From Eledone cirrhosa (taxonomy: Eukaryota), in the NCBI GenBank assembly GCA_964016885.1, contig OZ024740.1, positions 280,612,001 to 280,676,000 of the forward strand: a DNA stretch of 64,000 nt. Direction: 5' to 3'. Within the stretch, counting starts at the first letter, position 1, and each line of letters begins with the position of its first letter. Position numbers and translations under genes: made by a program. Shown one piece after another: positions 1-16,080 of this stretch. The notes beneath the pieces are model-generated. The model ran no database searches, had not been told where the DNA came from, and saw only the letters and a list, made by a program, of their open reading frames with translations.

Positions 1-43
1 TGAACTTGCGAACTTATTAAGTACTGAAAAATAAATTTACAGT

Positions 44-182
44 TGTAGAATGCTCAAGCGCAGAAAACAACTGCAATTACAGTCAGTTACTATAAAATAC
101 CTATTTTAATGCAACTGACTGTAATTGTAGCTATTTTCTGCGCTTGTAAATGCAGTTGTTTTCTACGCTTGAGCATCCTACA
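44..182. repeat. Nested imperfect inverted repeat (MITE-like hairpin)
   Basis: 44-81 (tgtagaatgctcaagcgcagaaaacaactgcaattaca) is near-complementary to 145-182; 55-88 also pairs with 113-146. Confidence 0.6.
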
Positions 183-498
183 CCTTCTTCAATTTATATT
201 TCTAGGGACCCTACCTCTAACAAATCAATTGTAAGTTACAGAACACAATTTGTTTTTTCTGTACGATATAACGATACATAATATTAAATCAAATTCATTC
301 ACTTGTTATTTAGTAGTTTTTCGCAAAGAGTTTATTGTAAAATATTTAGAAATCATCATTTGAATTTACATAAAAATATAAATTGATGACTAACTATATA
401 GTGAAAAAGATAGATAAACATAAACAATTCTACAAATTTAAATGTTTGGGTTACATAAATACTAATTTTATTATTATAACGAATTGCTTCTATATTAG

Positions 499-681
499 AT
501 ATAACACCGAACCCACCAATTAAGCGACCAACTACCACTACTGCCGCCACCACTACTGCCACCACCACTACTGAAACAACCACTGAACCTACTACGGGAC
601 CAAAAACTCAAATGCCGACCAGCACAATGGAACCTAAACCTGATAATATGTTCGGAGATCAACCTCCTAAACAGGAAACTC
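499..681 (+). CDS. Internal coding exon: Thr/Pro-rich mucin-like linker of a VWA-domain protein
   Basis: Acceptor ttag at 495-498, donor gtaagt at 682-687, open frame ITPNPPIKRPTTTTAATTTATTTTETTTEPTTGPKTQMPTSTMEPKPDNMFGDQPPKQET; phase 1 at both ends and in frame with the 1875 exon. Confidence 0.8.
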
Positions 682-718
682 GTAAGTTGCATCTACTTTT
701 CAGTGTTACAAATACAAT

Positions 719-891
719 AAATAATTGTTTCTACTTTTGGCACAAGGCCAGCAATTATTCTATTATATTACTGGTACTTTATTTTATCCACCCCGTAAGG
801 ATGAAAGGCAAAGTGAACCTCGGCGGGATTTAAACTCAGACCATAAAGGGGCATAACTCTATGCTGCAAATCATGGCGTCCGACCTTCTAC
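719..891 (-). mobile_element. tRNA-derived SINE family 1, 5'-truncated, intronic
   Basis: Reverse complement matches the family 1 body (B-box-like gagtttaaatccc, core ctttgcctttcatccttacgggg, 3' end gtagaaacaattatt). Confidence 0.85.
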
Positions 892-959
892 AATAAATAA
901 TAAAAATAATTATTATTGGCTATTAAAGAAATCATTATTATACGGGAGTATGCGTGACA

Positions 960-1490
960 TTCAGCTCGACTATATTCTCATCCACTCAAACCGATCTAAA
1001 GCGAGTGCTCTGAGTTTATCAACTTTCTTTTCGTAATGCTCTCTATACGTTTGATGAACCCTTTTCTTTGGCGGCCTCACCTGTTCTTGCTATTTTCTGG
1101 ATGATAGAGAACAAATCATGATACTGGACAGTTGTTTTCTCTTAGCCAATGCCATAAAGTTCTTAGCTCTTATGTGTAATAATTCTTGATCAGTGGCTAT
1201 CTGTTGACTATTTGTAAAATATCTTCATTTTGTTTACGTGGTCAGTCTGTTTAATATCGAGAATGTGCCTGTAGCAGGTGGTACCAAAAGAGGTTGGTGA
1301 CTGTCCATGACTTCCTAAAACAATATAGACAGGATGAGGGAGCCAAAGAAATGTAGTTTTAGATTTAGCGTAATGCTGGGTGTCTTCCATGTTTTGAAGT
1401 TGCCAGAATTTGTCAAGGTACTATCTTATATTCAAGTGATTCACAGGAACATTAACCATGTCAATCTCACCAATCTTGGAAAGCCTTCCA
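960..1490 (-). mobile_element. Highly decayed RTE-like LINE fragment
   Basis: Minus-strand translation WKTPSITLNLKLHFFGSLILSILF resembles the RTE post-RT motif W....I....KL..F..L..S.L.YG; boundaries approximate. Confidence 0.35.
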
Positions 1491-1874
1491 GATCAAACTA
1501 ATAAAAATATGTGACATTAGACTTAAAAAATAACGTAACAAGGAGCTATTATATTCGAATTACCATTTAGATTTTTTACACAAGGGTATTTCTAAAAATG
1601 AGATGAAATATCTACAGTCAAGAATCGAAACTAGGTCACCGCCGTTTGCTGCTACTTCAAAAAGAACAACATTCAATAGATTTAAATTAATGAAGTTCAC
1701 AAATAATATATTACATTTTGTAAAGTTTCTTTAACATGGTATAAATACTATTTCTCTAAATATGATCTTTTTGAACATGATGTGTAAAGGACTTATATTC
1801 AACTAGTTATTGAGGCCAATAACTAATTAAATTAATATTCCACATATATATATTTTTATCTCCTTTCGTTGCAG

Positions 1875-2443
1875 ATACTATTTCATTCGGATTTGATCTC
1901 ATTTCTCTCGGAATTCGTCAAGCTTACATGATATTGCAGTATATTTCCTACATACTTCCTTTAAATTACTATGGTAATTATTCTATTATATCCCAATATA
2001 GCTGTGGAGAAACTAAAACTGGCTTGGAAGGCTTCAATATCATATTGATGCCAATAACCAACACAACTGCTATCACCTCTGTAAAGGAGCATCTGCCGGG
2101 TATGGCATCTATTGTAAAACGCCTTTCTTTTAATCTCTACATGCGCAATCTCAATAATGCACAGAGAGGTGTGATGGGGCATGAAGTTACTGTACTCTTT
2201 GTGGATTCATCACTTACAAAATTAACACCTGAACTGATAAAGCACATCAAAGATCTAAAACTCGCAGGTTCTAAAGTGTATATAATCGATGTTGGGAAAG
2301 GTAATTGGAGGGACCTGAGACTGCTTGAATCATTGAGCAGTCAACCTCCAAAGCGTTATATATTTAAAGTGCCAACTTATATAGACTTACTCGATAAGAA
2401 ACGTCGTTCATCAGACAAATTTCTTGCCGACTGTGCCTGCTAA
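1875..2443 (+). CDS. Terminal coding exon: divergent von Willebrand factor A (VWA)-like domain
   Basis: Polypyrimidine tract plus ttgcag acceptor ending 1874; spliced frame reads HTISFGFDLISLG...EVTVLFVDS...LKLAGSKVYIIDVG...LESLSSQP...IFKVPTYIDL, matching the VWA strand/helix pattern; stop TAA at 2441-2443; AATAAA at about 2632. Confidence 0.75.
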
Positions 2444-3384
2444 CCAATAATCATAAATTACTATTTATTTTTAATAAGCACTAAATAATTTTCATAATTC
2501 CATCTTGCCTCTGCGTTTACAAATAATACGGCAAAGATTATATAAATGAATATTAAAAAAGGATATGCTTACTATCTCTAAAATTCATTTAAATCGAATT
2601 AATTAGTTTAAGCTGATTAAAAATGTTTTATAATAAACCTCAGTCAATATATTAAAAACACCAAATTCTATTAGGATTAAACAATGAAAATGTCATAAAT
2701 AAATCTTGAACAAAATTCTAAAATAACTCTGAGGGAGGAATGATTTGTTTATTTCACGAATAGGGAATCGAAATTCGACAACGATTTTATTTACTGGAGG
2801 GAAATTGCAATAATTACTTATTTGTTATGTAATGAATGCTGTAAAATATTATATTGTAAATAAAATGAAATACCACATTAAATGAGTCCACTTTCTATGT
2901 CTTGTTTATAAATGATACCTAGTCAAAACCTTAATATCTCATTCCATATTATGTCGTACAAAATGAATGAGTAACAAATATCTGAGTATTATAAGGTGAA
3001 TAACTTGATAAAATATATTTTTCTTTTCCAACAAACACTATTTAGTTCAGTAAATATTTCCGTTGAACGAAAACTCATACACATAATACTTGTTATTACA
3101 TTCCTAAAATCGGATCGAGACATGTTTACTGCTTTCATCAAGTTGGCATGAAGACAAATTCAGTTACCTCTGCACTGTCTAAAACAATTCCAATTATTCT
3201 GATCAGCTGAGAGACATTTATCCCCTGCTTGCTTCCTACAATGTGAACACACCCAAAGGGAGTTTAAGTCTTGAAATTGCAAACATATTCTCAGTTGATT
3301 GAAGATTTTTCCACTCATCATTTCAGAATGCCAGAGTGTGTGTGTGTGTGTATGGGGGGGGGGGGGGGGTAGTTAGGTGGGTAA

Positions 3385-3568
3385 CAAACGCGGAAATAGC
3401 TCTAAAAGAGACAGATGCAATTATAAATAGCAAGGAGTCGGGTTACAATATAACCTCTTATAAACAGAAGGGTGGTCAGAATGGTCCATTTATATAAGGT
3501 TAAATTTGAACCCGACCCTTTGCTAATTATAATAGCATCTGGCTGTTTTACAGCTATTTCCGTGTTTG
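3385..3568. repeat. Fold-back (MITE-like) element with ~80-bp imperfect arms
   Basis: caaacgcggaaatagctctaaaagagacagatgc... is about 80% complementary to ...gcatctggctgttttacagctatttccgtgtttg around a ~25-nt loop. Confidence 0.7.
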
Positions 3569-3587
3569 AGATTCCTACAATTTTATG

Positions 3588-3590
<3 letters not shown>

Positions 3591-3644
<54 letters not shown>

Positions 3645-3657
3645 AATATATATATAT

Positions 3658-3708
<51 letters not shown>

Positions 3709-3709
3709 A

Positions 3710-3808
<99 letters not shown>

Positions 3809-3812
3809 ATAT
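3591..3812. repeat. (TA)n microsatellite
   Basis: Direct reading; representative of more than 20 long (TA)n tracts in the window. Confidence 0.95.
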
Positions 3813-4443
3813 ATAAGATCAAAAGATGGTTAAAGGAGTTCCATGTATTTTATTATGCGCATTTCAAAAACAAACATCATCATGCACATATATGTATATA
3901 TAGATATGTAGGTATATATACTCACATATTTCGCCACTTTCTACTCTAACCCCTCTTTCTTCCCCTCTCTTTCTCCCTATCTACTCTTACCCCACTTTCT
4001 TCCTCTCTCTTTCTCCCTCTCACTTTCACCCCCTCGTCTGACCGTTTAGCAGTTCTCTTCTCACTTACAACTGCGGCGATCGGACGTGTGTCTTCTTTCT
4101 CTCGATTACTCGGTCTCGAACTTAAGTTCTATTATCGAGTGGTCTTGGATTTCCTACCTATAGTTGCTCGCACGTTGCTCGGTTTGTGTTTTTTTCCCCG
4201 CTGTTTTGTTACTGTTTCTCTTTTCTTCCCCTTTGCTTTCCTTCCCTCCTTCCTTCGTTTTCCCAATAACTTATACAGTTATTGACGCCCTGGGGTGAAG
4301 TGGTACCTTGTCGTTAAAGTGTAGAAATATCCTAGACCCCAGTAGACAACTGATGAGGAAAACTCCCCAATCCCCTGTTCTTGTTTTATTCGTATTCCCA
4401 CTGCATTTTAAGTTACCTTAAATAGCAACTACACAGCCATTTC

Positions 4444-4789
<346 letters not shown>

Positions 4790-4824
4790 TGATATGTAAA
4801 GCTTCAAAATTCATTTCATATATA

Positions 4825-8477
<3,653 letters not shown>

Positions 8478-9221
8478 TTATATATATAGATATATATGAA
8501 ATGAATTTTGAAGTTTTACATATCACATTCTCTAAAAGAGGTACCTCTCTTTCTGTATCATCTACTGGCCCATTAGTTCCACCTGAAAGACATAGTAGCG
8601 ATCAATTCTCGCGTCTCTCAAAGATTCTTTTATTTCTTCTTCACTAAATCTTCTGTAAATAAAAGTTCTTTTCACTGTTAACCTTTACAACACATACTCC
8701 TTTGGAAATGATTACCCCCATCACCACATTGTGCGGTCTTTGTATACAAGGGTCACGCATGAATAAAATTTGCCTCAAGCACATGGTCGTTTCTTTGAAA
8801 ACAAACATTTAGAATATCCCCTAAGGGGACGTGACAGTCAAATCTCACTTAACAGCATTTAGATGCAATCATTATAAATATATAGGAACAGTACCCTATA
8901 TAACATGTGTACTCCTGAAACATACAAAACTAAACCTTCATAAACTTTACAATCTTTGATAATACTTTTAATGACTTTTCACCTTGACTATATATCGCAT
9001 AGCTGAAACTGCATTATAAAGGCTAGCCTCCGTCTTTAGGGCCACAACGGTTGGTGACTCTCTACAGAGCTGAATGGTGTATATATTTGGCCTATAGAAA
9101 CACCTATGCATAAACGTTTTAGAGTACCTCTAAAAAGAAAATACATTCATTTCCAAGCCTTCAGTCACTGAATCATTATAGCTGCTATCACTATCCTTTG
9201 TCTGTTATACCGTTATACCAA

Positions 9222-9882
9222 CTAGCAGAAAAACTACCCTTCGGTGTGTATATTGATATTATACACAAGTATATATACATGTAGATATGATACATCAAAT
9301 AAAATCTTAATTGACAATATATAATACATAGAAATTGAACGAAGACTGCGTTACACTGTCTTATTTAATCAGTAACGTAATCCCATGATATATTAAAAAA
9401 AAGACGATATTATATATAAACTGCATTAGGAGAAAATTAGTGACAGAAAATTAGTATGTTTATTATAGCGATGGCCAACCGGAAGTGTTGACATTTCAGA
9501 AATTTTAAAGAAGTGAATCTTTAAATAAACAAAATATATTTAATCAATAGCCACGAAATTTAGTAGATAAATTATGTAATATTCATTCATTATTTATTCA
9601 AAGTGGGATTGGCAGTATCAGTAGAAGGTCGGACGCCATGCTTTACAGCATAGAGTTACGCCCCTTTATGGTCTGAGTTCAAATCCCGCCGAGGTTAACT
9701 TTGCTTTTCATCCTTACGGGGTCGATAAAATAAAGTACCAGTAATACACCGAGATAATTGCTGGCCTTGTGCCAAAAGTAGAAACAATTATTTATTCAAA
9801 GTAATCCAACTTATTTTACTACTGGGATAAAACATTATAAACCGCACGCAGTCCCGTGCTCCTCCCTTTATTATAGTTTAGA
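9222..9882 (-). mobile_element. Non-autonomous Helitron copy 1 (contains a SINE)
   Basis: Minus strand reads A|TCtaaactataataaa...ttctgCTAG|T; homologous to 13509-14311 and 39472-40160. Confidence 0.75.
9605..9794 (+). mobile_element. SINE family 1 inserted in the Helitron
   Basis: A box tggcagtatcag and B box gagttcaaatccc; duplication attatttattcaaagt on both sides; empty site visible at about 14216-14231. Confidence 0.9.
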
Positions 9883-10019
9883 TGGTTCTTGCGCTTCTGA
9901 TTTAGCAAACATTACTCTCCTCTTTCTGACATTGCCCCTTCATTTAATCCTTCCACAAAATACTATCCACTCCAACGTCCTTACAACCAACACTTTTCCC
10001 ATAGGCATTATTAATCTAT

Positions 10020-10590
10020 TAAGAGCGGTGGTTTGGCAGAATCGGTAGAGCGTTAGACACCATGCTTTTCAGCATAGAGTTATGACTCTTTCCATTCTGA
10101 GTTCAAATCCCGCCGAGGTTAACTTTGCCTTTTATCCTTACGGGGTCGATAAAATAAAGTACCAGTAATGCACTGAGGTAATCGCTGGCTTGTGCCAAAA
10201 GTAGAAATTCTAGCCGGTGGATTGGCAGAATCGGTAGAGCGTTGGACACAATGTTTTGCAGCATAGAGTATGGCTCTTTGCGTTCTGAGTTCAAATCCGC
10301 CGAGGTTAACTTTGCCTTTTATCCTTACGGGGTCGATAAAATAAAGTACCAGTAATGCACTGAGGTAATCGCTGGCTTGTGCCAAAAGTAGAAATTCTAG
10401 CCGGTGGATTGGCAGAATCGGTAGAGCGTTGGACACAATGTTTTGCAGCATAGAGTATGGCTCTTTGCGTTCTGAGTTCAAATCCGTCGAGGTTAACTTT
10501 GCCTTTTATCCTTACGGGGTAGATAAAATAAAGTACCAATAATGCACTGGGGTAATTGCTGGCCTCGTGCCAAAAGTAGAAACAATTATT
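10020..10590 (+). mobile_element. Tandem trimer of SINE family 1
   Basis: Three units with a ~187-bp period (units 2 and 3 start at 10212 and 10399); one TSD attattaatctat at 10007-10019 and 10585-10597. The core gcctttcatccttacggggtcgataaa resembles the Meta/Sauria-type SINE central domain (recalled). Confidence 0.9.
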
Positions 10591-10914
10591 AATCTATCAA
10601 TGAATGTAAATATGGACTGTGTTTTTTCCCTTGCACTATTTAATCTAATAATATATAATGCTCTTGTGTTTTTGTACGTCACGCGAAGGGAGGTAACTCA
10701 TCTATGTTTCAGTGGTAGTTTGACGGCTAATTCCGTCAGTTGCAAACTGCACATCAACATGAGATATTTTTCTCCACAAAGTTCGATCACCAACAGCAGA
10801 GTTTAAAGAGCAAAGATCAAGTCCAATCCATAGGTTGATTACATTCACACAATGTATATGTTTATGTATATGTATGTATTTATAATTTATATAACTGTGT
10901 TAACTTAACAGGAC

Positions 10915-11300
10915 GACAAAGTCACTTCAGAAGCTCTTTACATTCCAGAACCACATCATGAGACTTATGAATGGCAAGCGGCTTAGCGACCGTATCTGTA
11001 TCAGTGAGCTACTCAACATTACCGGACCTAGACCAATTACATCAATTGTCAAGTCAAGAGTACTCAGAATATACGATTATATAAAAAGATCAACTCGTGG
11101 TGTAAGTAGGTTATGCCTGGAAGGAAGGCTGGCTGGTAAGAGAAGTAGAAGCCGGCAACCGAAACGATGGCTTGATAATGTCAACTTATGGACTTGATCT
11201 TTGCTCTTTAAACTCTACTGCTGGTGATCGAACTTTGTGGAGAAAAATATCGCATGTTAATGCGCATTCTGCAACTGGCAGAGTTTAGCGTCAAAGTAGT
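10915..11300 (+). mobile_element. RTE-type LINE 3' fragment
   Basis: ITSIVKSRVLRIYDYIKR...LEGRLAGKRSRSRQPKRWLDNV is a typical RTE C-terminal motif. Confidence 0.75.
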
Positions 11301-11354
11301 AGTGTGTATGTAATACTTATTTTTAACTAGCGTCCTTACAATGGCTACACTTTT

Positions 11355-11785
11355 GTGAGTGTATGTGTGTGTGACTGTTTTTGTGTGTGAGTGTATGTGT
11401 GTGTTTCAGTGTTTTATGTGTGTGTGTGTGTGAGTGTATTTGTGTGTGTGAGTGTATGTGTGTCTAGGTGTTATTGTGTGTGAGTGCATGTGTGTGTGTG
11501 TGAGTGAATGTGTGTGTGAGTGTTTGTCTGTGTGAGAGTATGTGTATGTGAGTGTTTGTGTGTGTGAGTGTATGTGTGTCTGAGTGATTGTGTGTGAGAG
11601 TATATGTGTGTCTGAGTCTTTGTGTGTGTGAGTTTATGTGTGTGTATGTGTGTGTGAGTGTTTGTGTGTGTGAGTTTATGTGTGTGTGAGTGTTTTTGTG
11701 TGTGAATGTATGTGTGTGAGTCTTTGTGTATGTGAGTTTATGTGTGTGTGAATGTATGTGTGTGTGAGTGTTTGTGTGTATGAGT
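11355..11785. repeat. Degenerate (TG)-rich tandem repeat
   Basis: Recurring tgagtgtatgtgtgtg-type units. Confidence 0.85.
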
Positions 11786-12960
11786 TGTCAAAGGAGCCAA
11801 GTCCCTAGCAAAATCGAAATAAATTAAAATTATCTAGAATATAAAACGACCGCAGTTGAAAGGTATATACAAATACACATCTACCCTTTAGTCGTCATTT
11901 TTGATTGCACGGGGCCAACCAGTCTATTCATAAATTTCTGCGATTCTGTCACATCGCGTAAAGAGAGAGGGGTAGTTTGACTACCTCATACTACTTCCCT
12001 CTCTTTACGGCTGCTGCTAGGTGAATGTATGTGCGTGTAAAAGGGAGGAAGGGGATGGTGAAAAAACTACGCTGTGTGCGTGTGTATGTGTGTGTTTGTG
12101 TAAATGTATGTGTGTGTGTTTGTGTGAATGAATGTGTGTGAGTGTGTATTTTTGTAAGTGTGTCTGTGTTTGCGCGTTTATATTTATATACTCATACATA
12201 TAAATGTATGCAAATGTACATACAGAGACGCGCACACATATACACATACGCGTCAGCGTGTTGAAAAAAGTTCTAGTAAAGAAAATAATTAAAATCGAAA
12301 ATTAGAAGGATATATAATAGATTCATAGATGATGTTGAAAAATACCATAGCTTATTATCGTTACAAATGTATTACTAATATGAAAGAATAAATTAAGAGG
12401 GAATGTATTAGTCATCGTAAGGCAAAACTAACATTCCTAGTGTCTAATATAACAGCAATAGCTAGCTTGAATGAAGTATTAAGAGAGCGGATGTTATCAG
12501 CAAACAAGTAATGTTATCACATTGTAAATTGTTTTATCTATTTATTTAGCTTGATGATCATATCGATAGATAACTTTTCATTCTTTTGAAAGGATTTCCT
12601 TAACACGGAAAAAAAAAAAAAAAAAAAAATCATTGCAACGGCAGAAGGTTAAAAATAACTGGGTGAGTCTAGTGTGAGTAATCCTATGTAGAATATTTAT
12701 GTAACCTATTCATAACAAGAAATAAATGATATTTAGCAATTACTAGCAAAGTACCATAATCTTTCTTTCACTAAGACCATGTTGATCAAAATATTTTCGT
12801 CCATGAAGATAAATAATGTTATTCAAAATTCGATTTCTATACCGGAAAAGCAAGGGGAATTCTTTAGATTACAATTACAATAGGGAGTTAAGAAGCCAAC
12901 ACACGCACCACACACACACGCACACACACACATATATATATATATGTGTGTGTGACACAC

Positions 12961-12991
<31 letters not shown>

Positions 12992-13160
12992 ACTTATACA
13001 GTTTGACATATATTTGTACTACCAAACGACGGTAAATACAACTAGTTATTTCAGATGTGATATCCTGCCCCCCCCCCCCCCCCCCTAACCCCCCCCAAAA
13101 AAAAACAAAAAAAACAAAAAAAAAACAAACAGACAAAAAGAACAAAACAAAAAAAAGCAA

Positions 13161-13192
<32 letters not shown>

Positions 13193-13244
13193 CAAACAAC
13201 AACAACAAAACTAATACAAATGCAAGTCAATATGTATGTTGTTG

Positions 13245-13395
13245 GCCATTCGTCGGTTTCGATCAACGGAGCAGACAACTTGTGAAGTTAATGGTCAAGT
13301 GGCATTTTTACCAGGTGAATTAACTGAAGCAAGGTAAAAATAAAGTCTCTTGAGCAAGAACACAATGCGCCGCTGGGAATCGAACTTACGACCCA
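13245..13395 (-). mobile_element. tRNA-derived SINE family 2 fragment
   Basis: Minus strand agttcgattccc (B box) followed by cattgtgttcttgctcaagagactttattt; related pieces at about 18790-18870, 25040-25145 and 57920-58016. Confidence 0.6.
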
Positions 13396-13508
13396 CTAAG
13401 TCACGTGTTTTCACACACGTCAATATATATCAATACAAATAGTCTCAAATCCCACATGGTTTGTTGATTCTTGGTCTTTCTCTTTTGTATCCACCATCTT
13501 TATCTATA

Positions 13509-14311
13509 CTAGCAGAAAAACCACCCTTGGTGGTTTTCTGCTAGCATGATATTAGTCTTGCCATCAATCGAGGTAACGCTGCGAGTGTGCTGGCTTGCCT
13601 CAAAAATCATTAGAGAGGGTGCCCAGTACTCCTCACTGCTGCCTTTTGCTCTGGTGGTGGCTCGGTTATTCACCCCTTCCTTTACATTTTCTTTAATATT
13701 GCAATATTAAAGGAATATATCCTTCTGACAGAATCGCGAGCAATTTATAATGTTATCTAAGCATTTGTAATGTTATTTATGTATATATTTAAAACATATT
13801 TGTTATGTTATTCTACTGTAAATTTATTTATATACTTTGTATATATCATATGTGTTCATATTTTCACTCCCATTTGTAACGTTATTTAATAAAATAAAAA
13901 TATATATGCATGTAGATATACATCAAATAAAATCGTAATTGACAATATACACAGAAATTGAACGAAGAGTGCGTTACACTGTCTTATGTAATCAGTAACG
14001 TAATCCATGATACCATAAAAAAAGACGATATTATATATAAATTGCATTAGGAGATAATTAGTGACGGAAATATATGAATGTTTATTTAAGCAATCGCTAA
14101 CCGGAAGTGTTGACATTTGAAAATTATAAAGAAGTGAATCCTTAAAGAAACAATAAAAATATCTATTTAATCAACAGCTACGAAATTTAGAAGATAAATT
14201 ATGTAATATTCATTCATTATTTATTCAAAGTAATCCAACTTATTTTACTCAGGCGATAAAAAGAAATAAACCGTACGCAGTCCCGCACTCCTTACTTTAT
14301 TATAGTTTAGA
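13509..14311 (-). mobile_element. Non-autonomous Helitron copy 2 (no SINE; carries a CRE-like insert)
   Basis: A|TC...CTAG|T on the minus strand; terminal palindrome ctagcagaaaaaccacc...ggtggttttctgctag. Confidence 0.75.
13550..13900 (+). mobile_element. 3' end of a CRE-like (REL-endonuclease) non-LTR retrotransposon
   Basis: Encodes ISLAINRGNAASVLACLKNH*, matching the CRE-type C-terminal S.AIQRGNA motif, then an AT-rich 3' UTR ending in aataaaataaaaa. Confidence 0.6.
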
Positions 14312-14321
14312 TATAATATAA

Positions 14322-15229
14322 AAGATTGGAATTCTCATGATTCCTTTGAGAAACCTGGACCCGCCACGGAAATGAGATGCTTAACAGTCAGGTGGATGAT
14401 GCACCATATTCTACAGGTCACTATTCTTGGAGGCAATCTTGAAGGAGAAAATGTATTGATTCCCACGATTCCCCTCACCCCTTTCTCTACCGAGTGGTCA
14501 TTCAAATTCTCAAGACTTCAGTTCCTTGTTAAATCTAGTTAGCTATGACCATAAATAAAGCTCGAGTTCAGTGTCTCAAAGTTGTAGGATTGAATTTGAG
14601 AGAATTAGTTTTTCAAGAGTGGGAACACCAAGATATCTTCATATATTGTGCACGAACGGTAAAACGAAAAATCTGGTGTATCTGGAAGATCTTTTACACA
14701 CTCACCACGGTCTCATATCATACTGTATATTAGACAAACATACAATACAGTCGTTTTCTCTTCTACCTGTCTTCTCTTCATATCGAATATTTTTAATTAA
14801 AAACAATTCACATATATATAGAAATAGAGAGAAAGTGACGTCCGAACGAATATCCTCCACCTCCTATTAACTTACCCTCCGCTTCTGGGTCCTAGCCGAC
14901 AGGATAGAGAATACATTGCCCCGGAGGATGGCGAGGGTGATACGCTGGAAAAGCCACTCCGCCTCGCAGGACACGCACATGTAGACGGCCAACTCAGCCA
15001 ACTCCACTCCTATAGCAGTGAGTAGGGATGTAGTCCCCGGAGACCAAAAATGCCTCCACTGCTACAGGCTCTACCAAAAACCTATCAGCGAACGGCCAAT
15101 ACTTGGATAGTCGGCCTTCTTCAGCTTGATGGGAAGCAAAGCCTGGACTGTTAGCTGAACGCTCCAGGTTACCACGACAGTAGGTGTCACACATCTGTTT
15201 ATCCGGGCGAAGCTGGGTGTCTCAGCCAG
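14322..15229 (+). mobile_element. Helitron 3' remnant with decayed Pif1-like helicase C-terminus
   Basis: LRNLDPP...GENVLIPTIPLTP...FKFSRLQFLV...AMTINKA...LKVVGLNL...SRVG...GKTKNLVY; ends with ccgggcgaagctggg hairpin then CCAG|T (decayed CTAG). Confidence 0.85.
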
Positions 15230-15235
15230 TATATA

Positions 15236-15371
<136 letters not shown>

Positions 15372-16080
15372 CGGAAAAAATGAAACGAAATTTCATTTCT
15401 CACTCTTAGTACGGCTGTAACTTAAATGTAAGTATGTACACGTACATACATATATGTATACAGACGTACAGTAGTACACTACGGCTTAATTCAGGATGTT
15501 TGTTTACAAACACACCGAGCATTATAATAAATGTTCGGTGAATCCATACGTACATATATATATATATGTGTGCATGTATGTATATATACATACTACTGTA
15601 CGTCTGTATACATATATGTATGTACGTATACATACTTATATTTAAGTAACAGCCGTACTAAGAGTGAGAAATGAAATTTCGTTTCATTTTTTCCGTTTAT
15701 CGTTTTCGGTACCCCGGCCGATTAACTCACTCGATATGCAAATTAGTCTGCACAGCCGTTAATATGCATAAGGAAAGTATATACTTTCAGACGTTCAATC
15801 ATCTGGCAGGAAGGTATACGTTGCTGCCGATAGCTAATAAGCTTGAAACTAGTACAGCGTTCCTTTGCCAGTGTTGAACAAATGAGCAACAATGGTTGCT
15901 AGACACTGTACGGCTTAATTCGGGATGTTTGTTTACAAACACACCTAGCATTATAATAAATGTTCGGTGAATCCATACGTACATATATATATGTGTGCAT
16001 GTATGTATATATATATACATACTACTGTACGTCTGTATACATATATGTATGTACGTATACATACTTATATATATATATAA
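15372..16080 (+). mobile_element. Non-coding HHR-bearing element, family A (retrozyme or solo-pLTR-like)
   Basis: ~429-bp period (15481 vs 15910) with a ~165-bp direct repeat; 15372-15476 is an inverted copy of 15591-15695; sits next to (TA)n; second copy at 47715-48129. Confidence 0.75.
15818..15860 (+). ncRNA. Type I hammerhead ribozyme, family A (A6C core mutation)
   Basis: acgttg-CTGCCGA-tagctaataagctt-GAAAC-TA-GTA-cagcgt. Confidence 0.7.

Noticed and set aside
4345-4370. gacaa-CTGATGA-gg-aaaact-cc HHR half motif
   Set aside because: No GAAA or stem III follows; at best a deleted remnant of a PLE pLTR.
11957-12020. Hairpin followed by CTAG (Helitron-like 3' end)
   Set aside because: Next base is G rather than T, and there is no matching 5' TC end or second copy in the window.
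15090-15130. Minus-strand CTGAAGA-aggcc...ggcc
   Set aside because: Followed by GTTC rather than GAAA; no stem III.
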